Shown: positions 38,399 through 52,073 of the stretch, in pieces
Numbering within the stretch: position 1 is the first letter of the stretch
Layout of the letters: each line of letters begins with the position of its first letter
Assembly: GCF_004010195.1 (NCBI RefSeq)
Contig: NC_057718.1
Span: 42,692,902-42,756,901, forward strand
Source of the DNA: Chiloscyllium plagiosum
Taxonomy: Eukaryota
Length of the DNA: 64,000 nucleotides
Reading direction: 5' to 3'
Notes under the pieces: generated by a model
Databases searched by the model: none
Told to the model about the DNA's origin: nothing
What the model saw: only the letters and a program-made list of their open reading frames with translations
Program-made: the position numbers and the translations under genes

Positions 38399-39054
38399 AG
38401 TCTTTGATTTAAGACTGCATTGAATCTATTTTCACCCATTGGGCTCAACCTACACTACATGAGCAAATTTCACACTCTTGTGCTGCATTTTAAAGTACTT
38501 AGTTGGTTACCCTACCCTGTAATAGGATATATCCAATATTGTACTATAATTTTAATATATCAGAAATTCCTTGGAAGTCCCATAATACACAAGAACCCAG
38601 TGGTTTAGACAATATCAACTGCAGAAATATGGACTTCTAACAACATCATTTATCATTAAAATTCTTAACTTTAATAAGGTACAGCTATTCTGTTAGGAAA
38701 GAGCAAAAGTGGCCCAATTTGTCAGCAATATTAATTCATACTTTTTGGACAGGTGGCAAGAGCTATTCTGAGTCTATGCATGAATGTTTCACCTGCTACC
38801 TATTTTTATCGTAAAAGTGAATAGTTTAGACCATATAAGTTAAACTACTCATGAAAGTGATACATTCTTTTTGCTGTGTTACTCAGCACACAATTCCTTA
38901 TGAGATTGTTTAAAGTAGATCTTACCACCTGGTGCTGGAAATGCTCTAGGTCGAATGGGGATTTGTATGGCATAAAAAGATGGTATAATGAATTGTGAAA
39001 GAGATCCATTACAACAGATAATGCAAACCTTAAATCATCTCCGATGTCAGTCTC

Positions 39055-39305
39055 GGATCAGTGCTAACAGTGTTGCCACTGAGTCAGAACTGAGTTCTGC
39101 ACTGTTGGAAATGCAATCTTTCTGTTGAGATTTTAACCCAAGACTTCACCAGCCATCTCAGGTAAATGTAACCGATTCCATAACATTAAAAGAAAAGCCA
39201 GGGTGGGTTGCAGTGACTCTGATATTCTGATCAGTATTCCCCCTGGGACAACAAAACTAAAAAGTATTATCTGGTCACTTACCTCAGTGCCATTTATGAA
39301 ACTTA
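39055..39305 (+). mobile_element. DeuSINE (SacSINE1-like) remnant
   Basis: CTGAGTCAGAA…CTGCACTGTTGGAAATGCAATCTTTTCTGTTGAGATTTTAACCCAAG…TCTCAGGTAAATGTAA Deu-domain pattern. Confidence 0.6.
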
Positions 39306-40708
39306 AATCATGTTATTTTTTGTGTCTGTAATTGAGTCTTTAATTAATAAAACCATTACTGCAATATTCTTTGCATCTGTTTTTATAACCAGGGGTATTT
39401 AGGATCATAACATTACTGAAGCCTGCAATCCATCAAATTTGTAACATTGTGCTCCTCCATTCTGACAAATGCCTGTAGCTCCCAGCTTTATTTTTGAGTA
39501 ATTAATGTACAAAAACAGCACTCAGATCCATTTAAATTTATGTGTAAATGTTTTTTCCTTTCTATACTTTAGCCCTTCTCTATCTTTCTCCTTGTCCCAT
39601 TCCTACTTTCCCTTCGTTATGTGTCTTCATAACAGATGTATTTTTCTTTTTTATTCTACCTATTCTTAAATAGCTTTTGTTAGTTTCTATGTTCCCCTAC
39701 AACTCCATTCACCGCATTTACAAGGACCTTCATATCAGTTCAGTATGGATAAAGTGTATCCATCTGCGGATGTTCCCCTTTTACCAGAACTCATCGCAGT
39801 TTGAAGAGTTTGAACCTGTCATTTCCTGATCTTTACCTCTGTAACTTGCCCAATAGATGTTAGTGAAAGTGAATCCGAGACGGTTAATGTTAATGCCTTG
39901 TACTGTAATTATCTGTTCCTTCTAAGCCTCCACATCTAACTTTCCTATGCCATTGGCTCCCACCTGTACAATGAGTGCTGACCAACTTCCCTCCCCTTTC
40001 AGAAATTATTCTGTCTTTTCCCCTTCGTGCCCTACTGTGGCATCTGGGGCACAACACAGCATTGGACCCCAACATTCTACAATGCTAGCACCACTTAAAC
40101 TGGCTTGCACATCTTAAAAACAGCCCAAACATCTGAAGAGAGAGGTGCATGTTTTCTAGAGCAGCTGCCAGAACAGAAATTTAAAAATGTCTTTGAACAG
40201 AAAGCAAAGTGTAAATGGTACAATAGGCATTAAAGGAAACCCTTAGATTCTTTATATAGCATTAAAAGTTTTGGTGTTGAAGGAGAAAGCTCCTCATCTG
40301 TCTGGAGGCAAAAAGGCACTCTAGACAGGCATTATGAAGACAAGGAGAGCAAATAGGTATTGGGGTCCAATGACGGTCCATCTCTAAGAATATGGGTACA
40401 GTGCCACAAAATTGTTTGATTACCTTACTGGAGTAATCAAGATTAGTAGGTGCACCTTTATTTGCTATATCCTAACCACTGGCCCACGTATCCCTCTATT
40501 CATCACTTGCTCTTCCAGTTATTCAATTTGCAGGCTGTACTTGTTATGACACTCCCCCTCTCACAAGATGAGATGGCCATATTCAGAGGTAACAGCATCT
40601 GACCAACAGGAGAACAGGCATGATTGCAGGTTTTAATCTCATGGTGAAAATGTAACTGAGATTGTGGTCAATGTCAGAGGTAAAATCGTAGAGATTGACC
40701 ATATGTCC

Positions 40709-41095
40709 CATAGAGTCATAGTCATAGTGATGTACAGCACAAGTAACAGATCCTTTGGTCCAGCTTGTCCATGCCGAATAGGTATTCTAAATAAATCTGG
40801 TCCCATTTGCCAGCATTGGACCATATCCCTCCAACCCTTCCTGTTCATATACCCGTCCAGAGGTCTTTTAAGTGTTGTAATTTTACCAGCCTCCACCAAC
40901 TCGTCTGGCAGTTCGTTCCATACACACACCACCCTCTGCATAAAAAAGGTTTCCCCTTAGGTTCCTTTTGAATCTTTCCCCTCTCACCTTAAACTTTTTT
41001 CCCCACTAGTTTTGGACTCCACTACCCTGGGGGAAAGATTTTGACTATTCACCCTATCCACGCCTATCATAATGTTATAAACCTTTATAAAGTCC
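40709..41095 (-). mobile_element. CR1 (HER1-like) 3' end
   Basis: ORF 40639-40941: QRVVCVWNELPDELVEAGKITTLKRPLDGYMNRKG; same family as 3197-4368. Confidence 0.92.
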
Positions 41096-42254
41096 GATTC
41101 TAGATAACTTCCCACACCTCCCCAGTTCATTATATCCTGTCATATGCAAGCTTCAAATGGTGTGAACATTCTCTTCTTGTTTCCCCCTGCTTTCCTCATC
41201 TTAATGCGAACTTATGCTTTTAATCTTTGAAATATCCAGAAATGCTACATATTCAAGAAGAAATGCCGCACTCTGACTCATGCTTGCATTCTCATTCAGA
41301 TACTGGTACTGTGCAGAGGCACGATAACAGCCTGTTATCTTTTCTGCTGCTGCTTCATCATCTTCATTTTGTACTCCAAAGGCTTTTGCTTCTAAAACGC
41401 CCATGATTGGGAGCAAATGATCTGATCAGAACACTTCCACTCACAGCTAAAGATTTCTCCATGTGCAATGTTGACTGCAGCAACTTTAAATAACCCCTTC
41501 AAACCACCAGACAGTTCCACGATCTCAATGAGAGTCAGGTGGGCTAACCTGCTCATTTATTATTGTTGCTCAAATGTTCAGATGTCTGTATTTAACAGAG
41601 GACATCAGCTGGAACAATGAGCTAAAAAAAAGTGCTGTCAACACTTGGTTTTATTGGCTAAGTGGGTATGATTAACATTCCTATTCTGCATCCTTCTGTC
41701 ACACATTCCTATCTTCCATGCTATGTTCTCAGCAAGATGGCTCTCTGCATACATGGCAGCAGAAGTGTATTGTCCAGATTCTACTTTGATATCAAAAAGC
41801 ACCATTAGCATTGAAACTCTGGGTGTATAGAGCCCAATTTTGTGGTATGAAGTTTCCTTTGTGGAATTAGAGAGGTTGTTGCAAATGTAGCTTATTCTCC
41901 ACGCACACAGATCCTATCTTCTTTTCCTCACAGTTTCTGACACTAATATTAAGTGGATTTTTTGTTTTATGGAATGATTCTTTTAATGACTAAGTAAATC
42001 TTACAGGCTCCTCTCTTACCAAAATAATTGATCTGTCACATCATCTCAGATCTCAGTGATTCTCTCCAGTTATTTGATAGGACTATGCTCATGAATGTTG
42101 AGGAATTCTAATCTATTTAGAAGAATTCTAAGCACTATTTGGCTGAAGTATTTTGGAATAGAAGAAGAAAACCCATATTGATTTGATTATTTTAGTTTGT
42201 GATTATTTAATTGATTAGCTGCACAGAAATTAGCATTCTGTCTCCCAACTTGGA

Positions 42255-43760
42255 GTTAGATAGTCCTGGCTTGAGTCTCCACTACTGCAGAGATTCAAGC
42301 CCCCAATTTAATCCAGCACTTATAGGGGGCAGGACAGTGGCAACACTGCACTGTCAAAGATGCCATTTTTTGGGAGTAGTGTCAAGCTGAGGTCCTATCT
42401 ACCTTCCTCTATAACTGAACCCTAGACTTACTGACTGGGACACCTCAGTCTGTCTGGATCGGGAACAGCATCTCGAACACCATCACACTGAGCAAGGGGG
42501 CCCCCAGTCCAGTGCTATTCACCTTGCTGACACACAACAGTGCAGCGATGCACAGGTCAAATCGCATCATCAAGTTCACTGTTAAAACAACTGTGGTGGG
42601 TCTCATCAGCACAACCAACAAGCCAGCAAACAAAGAGGAGGTGCAGCAGCTAACTGATTGATGCAGAGCCAACAACCTGTGTCTCCACGTGGACAAGCCA
42701 AAAGAGTTAGGAGTTGGTTGTTGACTTCAGGAGGGCATGGAAAGACCACTCTCCACTGGACATTGACAGCTTCCCCCCCCACCCCCGTGGAGATCGTGAA
42801 GAGCACCAGATTTCTTGGTGTCCATCTGGCAGAGAATCTCACCTGGTACCTCAACAGCAGCTCCGTAGCCAAGAAAGCCCAGCAGCGTCTCTACTTTCTG
42901 CGCAGGCTGAGGAAAGCCCACCTCCCCCCCCCACCCCCCATCCTCACCATATTCTACAGCGGGATCATTGAGAGTACCCTGAGCAGCTGCATCACTGCCT
43001 GGTTCGGGAATTGCACCATCTCTGATCGTTAGACCCTACAATGGATAGTGAGGACAGACTCGAAGATCATCAGGGTCTGTCTTCCCTCCATTACTGACAT
43101 TTACACCTCACGTTGCATCCGAAAGGCTAAGAGCATTGTGGAAGATCTCACACACCCCTCACTCAAACTCTTCTCCCTCCTTCTATCTGGCAGAAGATAC
43201 TGGAGTATACAGTATGGAGTACAACAGTTTCTTCCCCCAAGCCATCGGGCTCCTTAAACACAGTATAATCGGACTATTTCCCATCTGAAATTCTTTTGTA
43301 TTGCTGCTAGAAAAATGTCTATTACTTAACATTCTTCTGTTATGCTGTAACTTGCATGTTTTGCACTTCATGCCGTGTATAATTGTTTAGTTTGTGCTGT
43401 CCATGTAGCACCCTCGGTCTTGGAGGAACGCTGTCTCGTTTTTACTCTATCAGTTATATATGGTAGAAGTGACAAATAAAAAGCTACTCTCCCCTCTCAA
43501 GTGGATGTAAAAGATCTCAACGCCGTCATTGGAAGATGAGTAGAGAAGTTCTGCTAGTGAGAGAGGTCAATACTTATTCCTCACATGATACAACACAATA
43601 GATTATCTGTTCATTTATCATACTACTATTTGTGTAACCATGCTTGCACAAATGCCATTTTCCTTGAATTACAGTTTCCCTATCTGTGACATGCTTTGGT
43701 ATTTCCAAGATCATGAAAGAGTGAAAGGCACAATGAATGGTGCATTTGAATGCCAGTATT
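42255..43760 (+). mobile_element. DeuSINE (SacSINE1-like) split by the Rex1 insertion (parts ~42255-42412 and ~43491-43760)
   Basis: The Deu-domain CTGCACTGTCAAAGATGCCATTTTTTGGG…GAGGTCCTATCT continues after Rex1 as CTCTCAAGTGGATGTAAAAGATC…GAAGATGAGTAGAGAAGTTCT. Confidence 0.65.
42421..43490 (+). mobile_element. Rex1/Babar non-LTR retrotransposon, 5'-truncated
   Basis: LDLLTGTPQSVWIGNSISNTITLSKGAPS…IIKF…[26 protein letters not shown]…[16 protein letters not shown]…[46 protein letters not shown] near the end. Confidence 0.9.
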
Positions 43761-44724
43761 TTTTTTTGTGTGTGTTTATATATAAATGTATTATAATTTT
43801 TTATCTTAATTATACTCAATTATCCTCACTTTTTTCTTTAATACTGAGCTTACTACTAGAGTACCATGGGGCAAAAAATAACCTTATCGCAAATTAACTG
43901 AAATTGAAAATTGTGTACTGCTTTGCAAATATGTATATAATCTATATATCTTAATGTAAAGTAGATTAAACTATTCTCCACAGCTTCCAAAGCTGATCAA
44001 AAATCAGTAGCAATGTTAAATCGCAATTTATGATGTTAGTTATCACCCTGTCCTAAATTCTTTCATCCACGAGAAGGTGGAGTTAACTCATGACTTAGTG
44101 AACTGCTGTGCTTTCTCAAGGGGCCAAATAATCCGCTTCTGCATCTTTTTCTCATGTTACCTAAATAACTAAAATACTTGAAGTTCTTTGTGATTGGTAC
44201 TTTTTGGAAAGGCATCACAAACTACAAAAGAGGAACCCACTGGATGATTTTAGATAAGTTTTGCCAACTACTAGGTGAGCCAATCTAGCTGATTACCCAA
44301 GGTTTCAGAATTAGCCCGAATAATTTTGATGGCCAAACATGAGGGAGTAGTTCTTTAATTGTATATAGCCTTGGTCAGACCCCCTCCGCAGAACTGTGTT
44401 CTGCTTTGAGCTGTAATCCTCAGGAGAGATGTAATTATAGAATCCCTATTGTGCAGAAAGAAGCCATTCAGCCCATCGAGCCTACAAATAAAAGGACGTC
44501 ACGTCAACTCTCAGACAATCATAAACGGAAAAGGATTACTGATCGACAGGTAAGGTGACTGATTGGCTGAGGCATTGTCATGGAGTAAACAATAGGGAAC
44601 TATAAGCTTCCCAAACTCCTTCGCAATTCAAAAAAGGTGCAAAGCTTGAATGTATCCCTTTTATCAGCGGCTTCCTGCGTCAAAACCTACCTCAATTTTA
44701 GCAAGTATATATGAATAACAATAC

Positions 44725-47700
44725 TATTATAAAGACTTTTCATCAATACTTGTTTTTGAGGACTTGTTTAAAAATTGTGGACTGTATGCAATTACAAACC
44801 TGAATGTAGTGTTTTGTTTTAAACAATCATGGAAAGGACAGTGAGATTTTTTTTTTCAAAACCACTTATTTGAAATTACATGGTTTGAGCTGGCCAAACA
44901 GCTTGGAGCTCCTCGATTTACTAGAAGTCATATCTTCAGTTAGTTCTGGAATTACTGGAAATTACCTGCCTGGAGTATGTAACATTGTTTTGGAAATGAT
45001 TTGAATTTCAGTTGGGTCACATCCTCTTGAGAGAAAAACAGCTAACCAGCTCAACCCCTGCCTTTCTGAGAAACCCTTGAGAGTTCAATGTGAGGATTAA
45101 AATCCTGATTAATTTATTCTACTGAAAAAACACCTGGTAAGAGTTCTTCTTGACAACTCTTAAGTGAACTGAATCTGCAAAAGTCTCAGAGATAACTACC
45201 AGTGTTGGTGATAACTGTCTGTACGTGTGCCAGTATGCTAACCAAAAACTATTTTAAACATTTCATACTTCATTTTTCCATCAAAAGCTAACAATTATTT
45301 ACCAAAGAATTATTTCTCCAGACTCAATTTCTGTGGGGAAAATCTTTTTTCCCTCTACCTCTTGTATGTGCCTATGTACAGATGTGTGTTGTGTTATTTA
45401 GAGAGGTAAGTATTTATATTTTCATATTTTAAACTGTGTGCTGACTAGCTGTACATATTTACTAATTAAATCTTGTTTTATAACCAATAATTTTGCTATT
45501 AGTTTTTTAGATTTTTTAGATTAGATTAGATTAGATTAGATTACAGTGTGGAAACAGGCCATTCGGCCCAACAAATCCACATCGACTCGCCGAAGCGCAA
45601 CCCACCCATACCCCTACATTTACCCCTTACCTAACACTACAGGCAATTTAGAATAGCCAATTCACCTGACCTGCACATCTTTGGACTGTGGGAGGAAACC
45701 GGAGCACCCGGAGGAAACCCACGCAGACACAGGGAGAACGTGCAAACTCCACACAGTCAGTCGCCTGAGGCAGGAAATGAACCCGGGTCTCAGGCGCTGT
45801 GAGACAGCAGTGCTAACCACTGTGCCACCGTGCCGCCCACAAAAGAACTGGGTTGATAGATTTTTAAATTCCAAATCTAATACAGATAAGGTGTATATTT
45901 CATCATATCAGTAACTGTGTAAATCATTTCAGTATATATTTTGACTGGTAGAGTAGTAGGGTAGTGAGAGAGAGAGGCAGTGCACTTAGCAATCTTGGTC
46001 GTAATACACAAGTGGGAACTCATCCAGAATAGTTCAAAGTCGGAAATGTGTATTTGGAAGAATAGTAGTAATAACTGAACTGGATAAAAGAAAGGATGTC
46101 AGGTTTCCTGTGCATTAGGGTAATGCTTATGAAACCAAAACATATAGAACCAAACTGGATCTGTCACTTAACTAAGACTTTCTGGGGAAGGATGCTTTTT
46201 CCCTAAGTGACAGCAAACCAAGATTGGGCTCATAGCATTGGCAGAAAGGTTACAGTTTAATTTAGAACTAGGGGCAAAGAAAGCAGATGTAATTGAGGTA
46301 ATAGCACATTTCAACTTGGAAATAAAGGATGCAATCCAGAAGTAATTCAGTGGAATTGGCTGGAACTCAGTTGCAAACGAATAAGCTTGAACAAGAAAAA
46401 TTATTAAAGTTGAACAAAAAAGACAATTGATAATGAGAAGAACACCTGATCTTAAAAGCACTTCAGAGAGAGGAAATGAAAAAAGGAAAAACTTATTTAT
46501 AAAGTTAGACGTAAAAACCACAGGGAGGGAGGAAGAGAGCAAAAGGAGAAATAGTGTGTAAATGAATACAAGCTTAAAAAGTTACAACAGAAGGAAAAGG
46601 ATGTCTCTAGTTTCTAGGAGTCTTCTGGTAGGAAGGATCTGAGTCCAACCCAAAACCCATTGGTGAACTATTTAAATTTTTGAAAGCCTTCCAAAGTTTG
46701 CTGAAAGGAATATAGAGGCCTTTTAAAAAAAAAACATCTTTTGAAAAGGTCAGTAAACGCATAAAGTGCCTAAAAGGAAAATGGATATGCCTCATGCAAA
46801 GTAGGCTTACCAGCAGTGCTAATTTGCAGTCCGAGGCTGCCCCAATAGCCTATAAGGTGGCAAAAACAATACTTCTAGTGCTTACAGTTTGGTCCGTGAG
46901 ACTCACAGGCAGAAATTTCAGAACCTTCAGAAATAGGCAGACTTGCATAGATTTTATGAGAATAAAGCAAGATAACTTCGGGCTTTAAAGGAAAAGAAAG
47001 GCACTTAATAATTCTCTTGGAATAATTTAAAAATCCACTCTCCATTAGTAAACACCCACATAGGGAACTGGAAAGTTTCAACATCAGTATAGGCAGCTAC
47101 GATGGCTAATGATCACAATTTTGTCTACAAATCCAAGGTCTCTTTCTGTCACACCCTCAAACTCAAGAATGTTAGAAGGTGTGGAGGGTGAAAGAAAGGC
47201 AAATAGGTAGTGATGAGAACGGACGGGTGAAAGTGCTCCAGGATCGCCGTCTCAGGCCAGAAAGGAAGTTGCTGAGGGTGGAAGAAATATATAAAACTTT
47301 AACTGTTTCCATTGTCGCAAAGTGGAACATCTTCCTGCACATTGTTGTGGAGTATATCCATGGAAATTATCACTACACAATATCAATGCAGATAAAAGTA
47401 TCTCAGCAAAGCATACAATAGCCCACATTGCCTTTTGGTTTGTGCCTGTAAGGCCAAGTACAAACACCACTGTCAATATGGATGAGGTAAACAAGATACC
47501 TGATATTGACAGGGAATTCTTGGCAATAGGAAGAGCAACTCCTTATCCATTATGAGGTCGGAAAACCTATAATTAGCCTTGGGGATACTGTGTAACACTG
47601 TTGCTGGGAAAAGGCATAACTTTACGAGCAGAAATTACTTTGAAGGCCAAAGTTTTAGTGAATGATAATGATATTGCACTGTTGTATCGGATGCAGTTGA

Positions 47701-48495
47701 GTGTTATCTGATATCTGGGATAGCAACTATAGGAGATGTCCACAGTTTGCCTATTGATAGAGTTAACCTACTCCTGGGGAATGGTTTGGTAGTAGCTTCT
47801 CCAATAGTCACAGAAAGGCCAAGAGAGGGCAAGGAGATAGGGGTGTTGCAGAAAAAGGCTACAGAAAGTTTTCCTTCTTCTGTAACTACATGAGCAATGG
47901 CAAACAACCTACTGAGAGAACAAGGCTACCCAGCTCAGCCTCGGCATTTTTATGAAGCCCTTGTTATGAATTCAGTGTTCTCCAGCTAAGCATCTGAAGG
48001 AGTTTCTTCTTGACAATTTCTGAGTGAACTGCGTCTGCAAAGGTCTCAGAGACAACTGCCTGTATTTAGTATTTAGTAATACTGTGTGAGAGGATACATA
48101 TTAAAAGTTATCTTGAATATTTTGTAATTTCTCCTTTACTCCTTTGGGAACTAATAATTATTTGTCAAAGTATTGTTTTCTAAGAAATCTGTCTTTGCAG
48201 AGAATTTTATTTTCCCCATTTAATGTATATTTATTTTTGTTCTGTTATTTTGAGAGAAAATATGTAGATTCTCAAACTGTATGTGTTAACCAGACTTGCA
48301 TCTTATCAAAATTGGTTTTGCTTTATAATAAATCAATAAGTTTGTTGTTGGTTAAAGGAACTGGGTTGATTTTTTTTTTTTATTCTGCACCTAACGTAAG
48401 GGATGTATACAGTTTGTTATTTTGGTAACTGGGTAGTTTTGACCATTACTAGGACTAGAGAGGGAGAGTGCACTACTCCAATCTATATTGTAACA
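44725..48495 (+). mobile_element. Internally deleted Gmr1-like Gypsy element (5' LTR, PBS, gag, protease, partial 3' LTR)
   Basis: LTR-shared segments 45141-45200 / 48000-48060 and ends GTAATACA (46008) / TGTAACA (48495). PBS-like TGGGAACTCATCCAGAAT (46013-46030). gag SFEKVSKRIK…WICLMQSRL, knuckle CFHCRKVEHLPAHC (~47305-47347), protease C-terminus LPIDRVNLLLGNGL…FPSSVTT; collinear with the element at 1-2540. The 5' boundary is uncertain (44725-44776). Confidence 0.82.
45504..45838 (-). mobile_element. HE1 SINE inserted in the 5' LTR
   Basis: Reverse complement of the HE1 head and V-domain with an (AGATT)n tail; absent at the matching position of the 3' LTR (~48350). Confidence 0.95.
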
Positions 48496-49125
48496 TTGTG
48501 AGCATGACTGGTAATTTTAAATTGGTTGTAGCGCAGCTGTTAACACACTTAGCAAGCACTGTTTGATTGTGGAATCATACTAACAACAACAATTTTGTTT
48601 TGGGTATATTCCTTCATTTGTTAATAAGAGGTACAATACAGATTGTACTCAACCAGGTCTTATTTGCAAAGTCTATACCAGCCCCAACCACCATCCTCGC
48701 TCCCTGATGATTTGGAATTTTTCATTCTTGCATGTCGCATGGAACACAAAGTAAAAGTTTTAAAAAGGAAAGATTGAGCAATTTAGGTCTATACTCCCTA
48801 AAGTTTAAAAGGATAAATGGAAATTGTACTGAGATATATAAGCTCCAAAAGGGGATTGACAAAGTAGATGGAGAGAGGATTGTTGGAGTTGCTGATGGCT
48901 GAAGAGAATTGTTAGTTGAGGCAGCAGTTTCCACAGTCAGAATCATGACCTTCATGCTCATGGTAACCAGATAAGATAATGAAGTGCCTCGTAGAAATCT
49001 TAGTGGGAAATAGAAAACTTAATATTTGGTAAAATGTAGAAGGAAAAGTCTGATCCCACTATTATCAAAAGCTTTGTAAGGTATTGTTATTACATATTAT
49101 ACATGTAAATATACTGAAATTATAA

Positions 49126-50123
49126 CAGAGTCATAGATATGTACAACATGGAAACAGACCCTCTGGTCCAACTCATCCATGTCAACCAGATATCCTAAAT
49201 TAATCTAGTACTATTTGGCCCATATCCTGCTAAACCCTTTCTATTCATATACATCCATCTGCCTTTCAAATGTTGTAATCTACAGCCTCCACCACTTCCT
49301 CTGGCAGCTCATTCCATACGCACACTACCTTCTGTGTGAAAAGGTTGTCCCTTTTAAATCTTTCCCCTCTTACCTTAAACCTCTGCCCTCCAGTTCTGGA
49401 CTCCACCAACTCGGGGAAAAGACCATTGCAATTCACCATACCCATGTGCCTCATGCTTTTATAAAGCTCTATAAGATCGGCCCTCAGCCTTTTGATGCTT
49501 CAGGGAAATCCTCCAACCCTTCAAAGTTTCACAACATTCTTCCTATTAGTAGGGAGACCAAACTTGTGTATAGTATTCCGAAGGTGGCCTAACCAATGTC
49601 CTGTACAACCACAACATGACCTCCCAACTCCTATACTCATGCAGTGGCTCATCAAAGGCAAGCATATCAAATGCCTTTTTTTCTATCCTGTCTACCTGCA
49701 ACTCCACTTGCAATGAACTATGAACCTGCACTCCAAGTCTCCTTATTCAGCAACGATACTGAGTATTTTACCATTATATGTGTAAGTCCTGTCCTGTTTT
49801 GTCTTCCCAAAATGCAAACATCTCATATTTATCTAAGTTAAACTCCATTTGCCACCCCTCAGTCCATTGACCCATCTAATCAAGGTCCGATCTTACTCTG
49901 AGGTAACCTTCTTTGCTGTTCACAACAGCACCAAATTTGGTGTAATCTGCAAATTTGTAACCATCTTCCATTGTTCACATCTAAATCATTTATATAAATG
50001 ACAAAAAGCAGTGGATCCAGCATCCATCCTTATGGCACAGTGCTGCTCACAGGCCTCCAGCCTGAAAAGCAACCCTCCACCACCTCTGAATCCTACCTTC
50101 AAGCCAGTTCTGTATCCAAATGG
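49126..50123 (-). mobile_element. CR1 (HER1-like) 3' portion
   Basis: EYRSWEVMLWLYRTLVRPPSEYYTQVWSP (49546-49731) and FTQKVVCVWNELPEEVVEA (49266-49454). Confidence 0.92.
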
Positions 50124-50639
50124 ATAAGAGTGACTAAAAAAAATTAACCTGAGGGAATTTAGCTAAATTCTTTGAGACAAATGGCTGTAGATAGTGAAGA
50201 GAATTCTCCATCCCATCAGCAGGATGCTGAAGGACAAATAGTGTAAACACCAAGGACCAGAGTATATATGACGATTGATATATAATGAAGGTTATAAACA
50301 TAACCTCATGAAAGGGCACTGGAAAACAACATTGTTAGAGGGACAATTATAAAACGTTACTTAGCCATTTTGATCTCAGGAAAATAATCACAGCTCCAGA
50401 AGATAACAAACATCATCCTCTCAGTATGATGCTGCTGGCAAACGTCTGGTGGCAAGAGCTGATATCAATGTTGCATGTAAATGTTGTAATGTGGAATATA
50501 TAAATATCTTGTACTTTATTGGAAAGATAGAGTATCCTAGAGCCCTCTCCTATGCTGTGTGGTAAGAAACTTTGAATAAAGATTGATTTGTGCTACTGAA
50601 CACAGGACTCACTCTTCTTAAAATTCCTCTCTAACAAGG

Positions 50640-50955
50640 ATGTTTCCCTTTGTGGATCAATGTAAAATGAGAAGTATAGTATTAGGCTGGAAGTGGCAGA
50701 TTTAAAACAGAAATGGAGAGGAATTACTTCTCTCAAATGTTTGTGAATCTGTGAAATTCCAGAGTGTGTTGGATGCCAAGTCAGTGAATAACTTTAAAGA
50801 GGAGATAGATTTTTAATTAGTAATGGGATAAAGGGATATTGGGAGCAGACAGAAAAGTGGAGTTGAGACTGTGATGAGATCAGCCAGGATTGTATTGAGT
50901 AGTGGAGCAGGCTCAAGGGGCTGAATTGCCTCGTCCTGCTCCTCGTTCTATGTTC
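50640..50955 (+). mobile_element. CR1 3' end
   Basis: Encodes MFPFV…FKTEMERNYFSQMFVNL*NS, with a CR1 tail GGAGCAGGCTCAAGGGGCTGAATTGCCT. Confidence 0.8.
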
Positions 50956-51078
50956 AGCAATATGTTTCTGTTTTCAGCAATATTCAAGTTCTGTGTTACC
51001 AGATAATTAATTTATTCAATAAATTTTATTCTCAAGTTTAGACCGTTGGGAATTTATCAAATCAAGGTATTTACAATG

Positions 51079-51274
51079 ATAAAGTCAGAAGTCACAGGAC
51101 ACCAGGTTATAGTCCAATAGGTTTATTTGAAATAGCAAGCTTTTGGAGCGTAGTCCCTTCAGCTGAATTGCTAAGCTCCAAAAGCTTGTGATTTCAAATT
51201 GACCTGTTGGACTATAACCTGGTGTGTGACATCTGACTTTGTCCTCCTACTACGGCACCAGCACCTCCACATCA
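51079..51274. mobile_element. Penelope-derived fold-back insertion (third family)
   Basis: Arms AAAGTCAGAAGTCACAGGACACCAGGTTATAGTCCAA / TTGGACTATAACCTGGTGTGTGACATCTGACTTT; eroded hammerhead centre (GCTCCAAAAGCTT); TSD TACAATG (51072-51078 / 51275-51281). Confidence 0.78.
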
Positions 51275-51871
51275 TACAATGTTTGGGCAGGCTGAGAGAA
51301 ACTGCTCCCCCTGATGAAGGCATTGTCTTAAATTTAGAGATTAGCCATTTAAGAGTGAAATTGAGAAGCGAAAACATAATTGAAATTTGGACTCTTTCCA
51401 ACAAAAGACTAGCTTTGCTGGATCCTTTTAAATTTCCCACAATGAGACATATGGTTTTACAAGGTAAGCTTATCAAGGTATATGGATTAAAGGTGGTAAA
51501 TGGCATTGAGGTATAGATCAGCCGCAATCTTGATTTGATGGCAAAAGAGGCTTGAATGACCATCACTCTTTCTATGTCAGTGTCTGTCTGTACTTAGTAG
51601 ACCCCTGCACTTGCAACAAAATCCCATTTCCCACTGGCCAAAGCTATCCATAATTGTGCATCTTGACGGAAAGGATATCCATGATCTATTCAGTTCTACC
51701 ATTGATTGCAAGTTCACTCAGGTGATACATGCACAGTTATATGTTCTCAAATGAAGCCTGAAATAAACAGATGGTATAAACAAATGCTTTCACAGACACA
51801 GTCAAAGAACGGCCATCTGGAAGAGATGGCTGTAGGTCGTCTTGAAATAGACCGTGTTAATCTTTGGGTGA

Positions 51872-52073
51872 TATAAAATAAAGATCTGTGGATACTGGAG
51901 ATCTGAAACAAACAAAGACAGATATTGCTGGAGCAGCTTAGGAGGTATGGGAGCATCTGTGAAGAGAAAACAGTTAACATTTCAAGCCCTCTGACCCTTT
52001 AGAAGTGAAGAAGGGTCACTGGGCTGTTGCCAAACATGCTGAGTTTCTTGAGCAATTCTGGTTTTGTTTGTTT
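51872..52073. mobile_element. Old Penelope-derived fold-back insertion, right arm hit by L1
   Basis: AAACAAACAAAGACAGATATTGCTGGAGCAGCTTAG / CTGAGTTTCTTGAGCAATTCTGGTTTTGTTTG inverted; central GACCCTT / TGAAGAAGGGTC. Confidence 0.6.
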
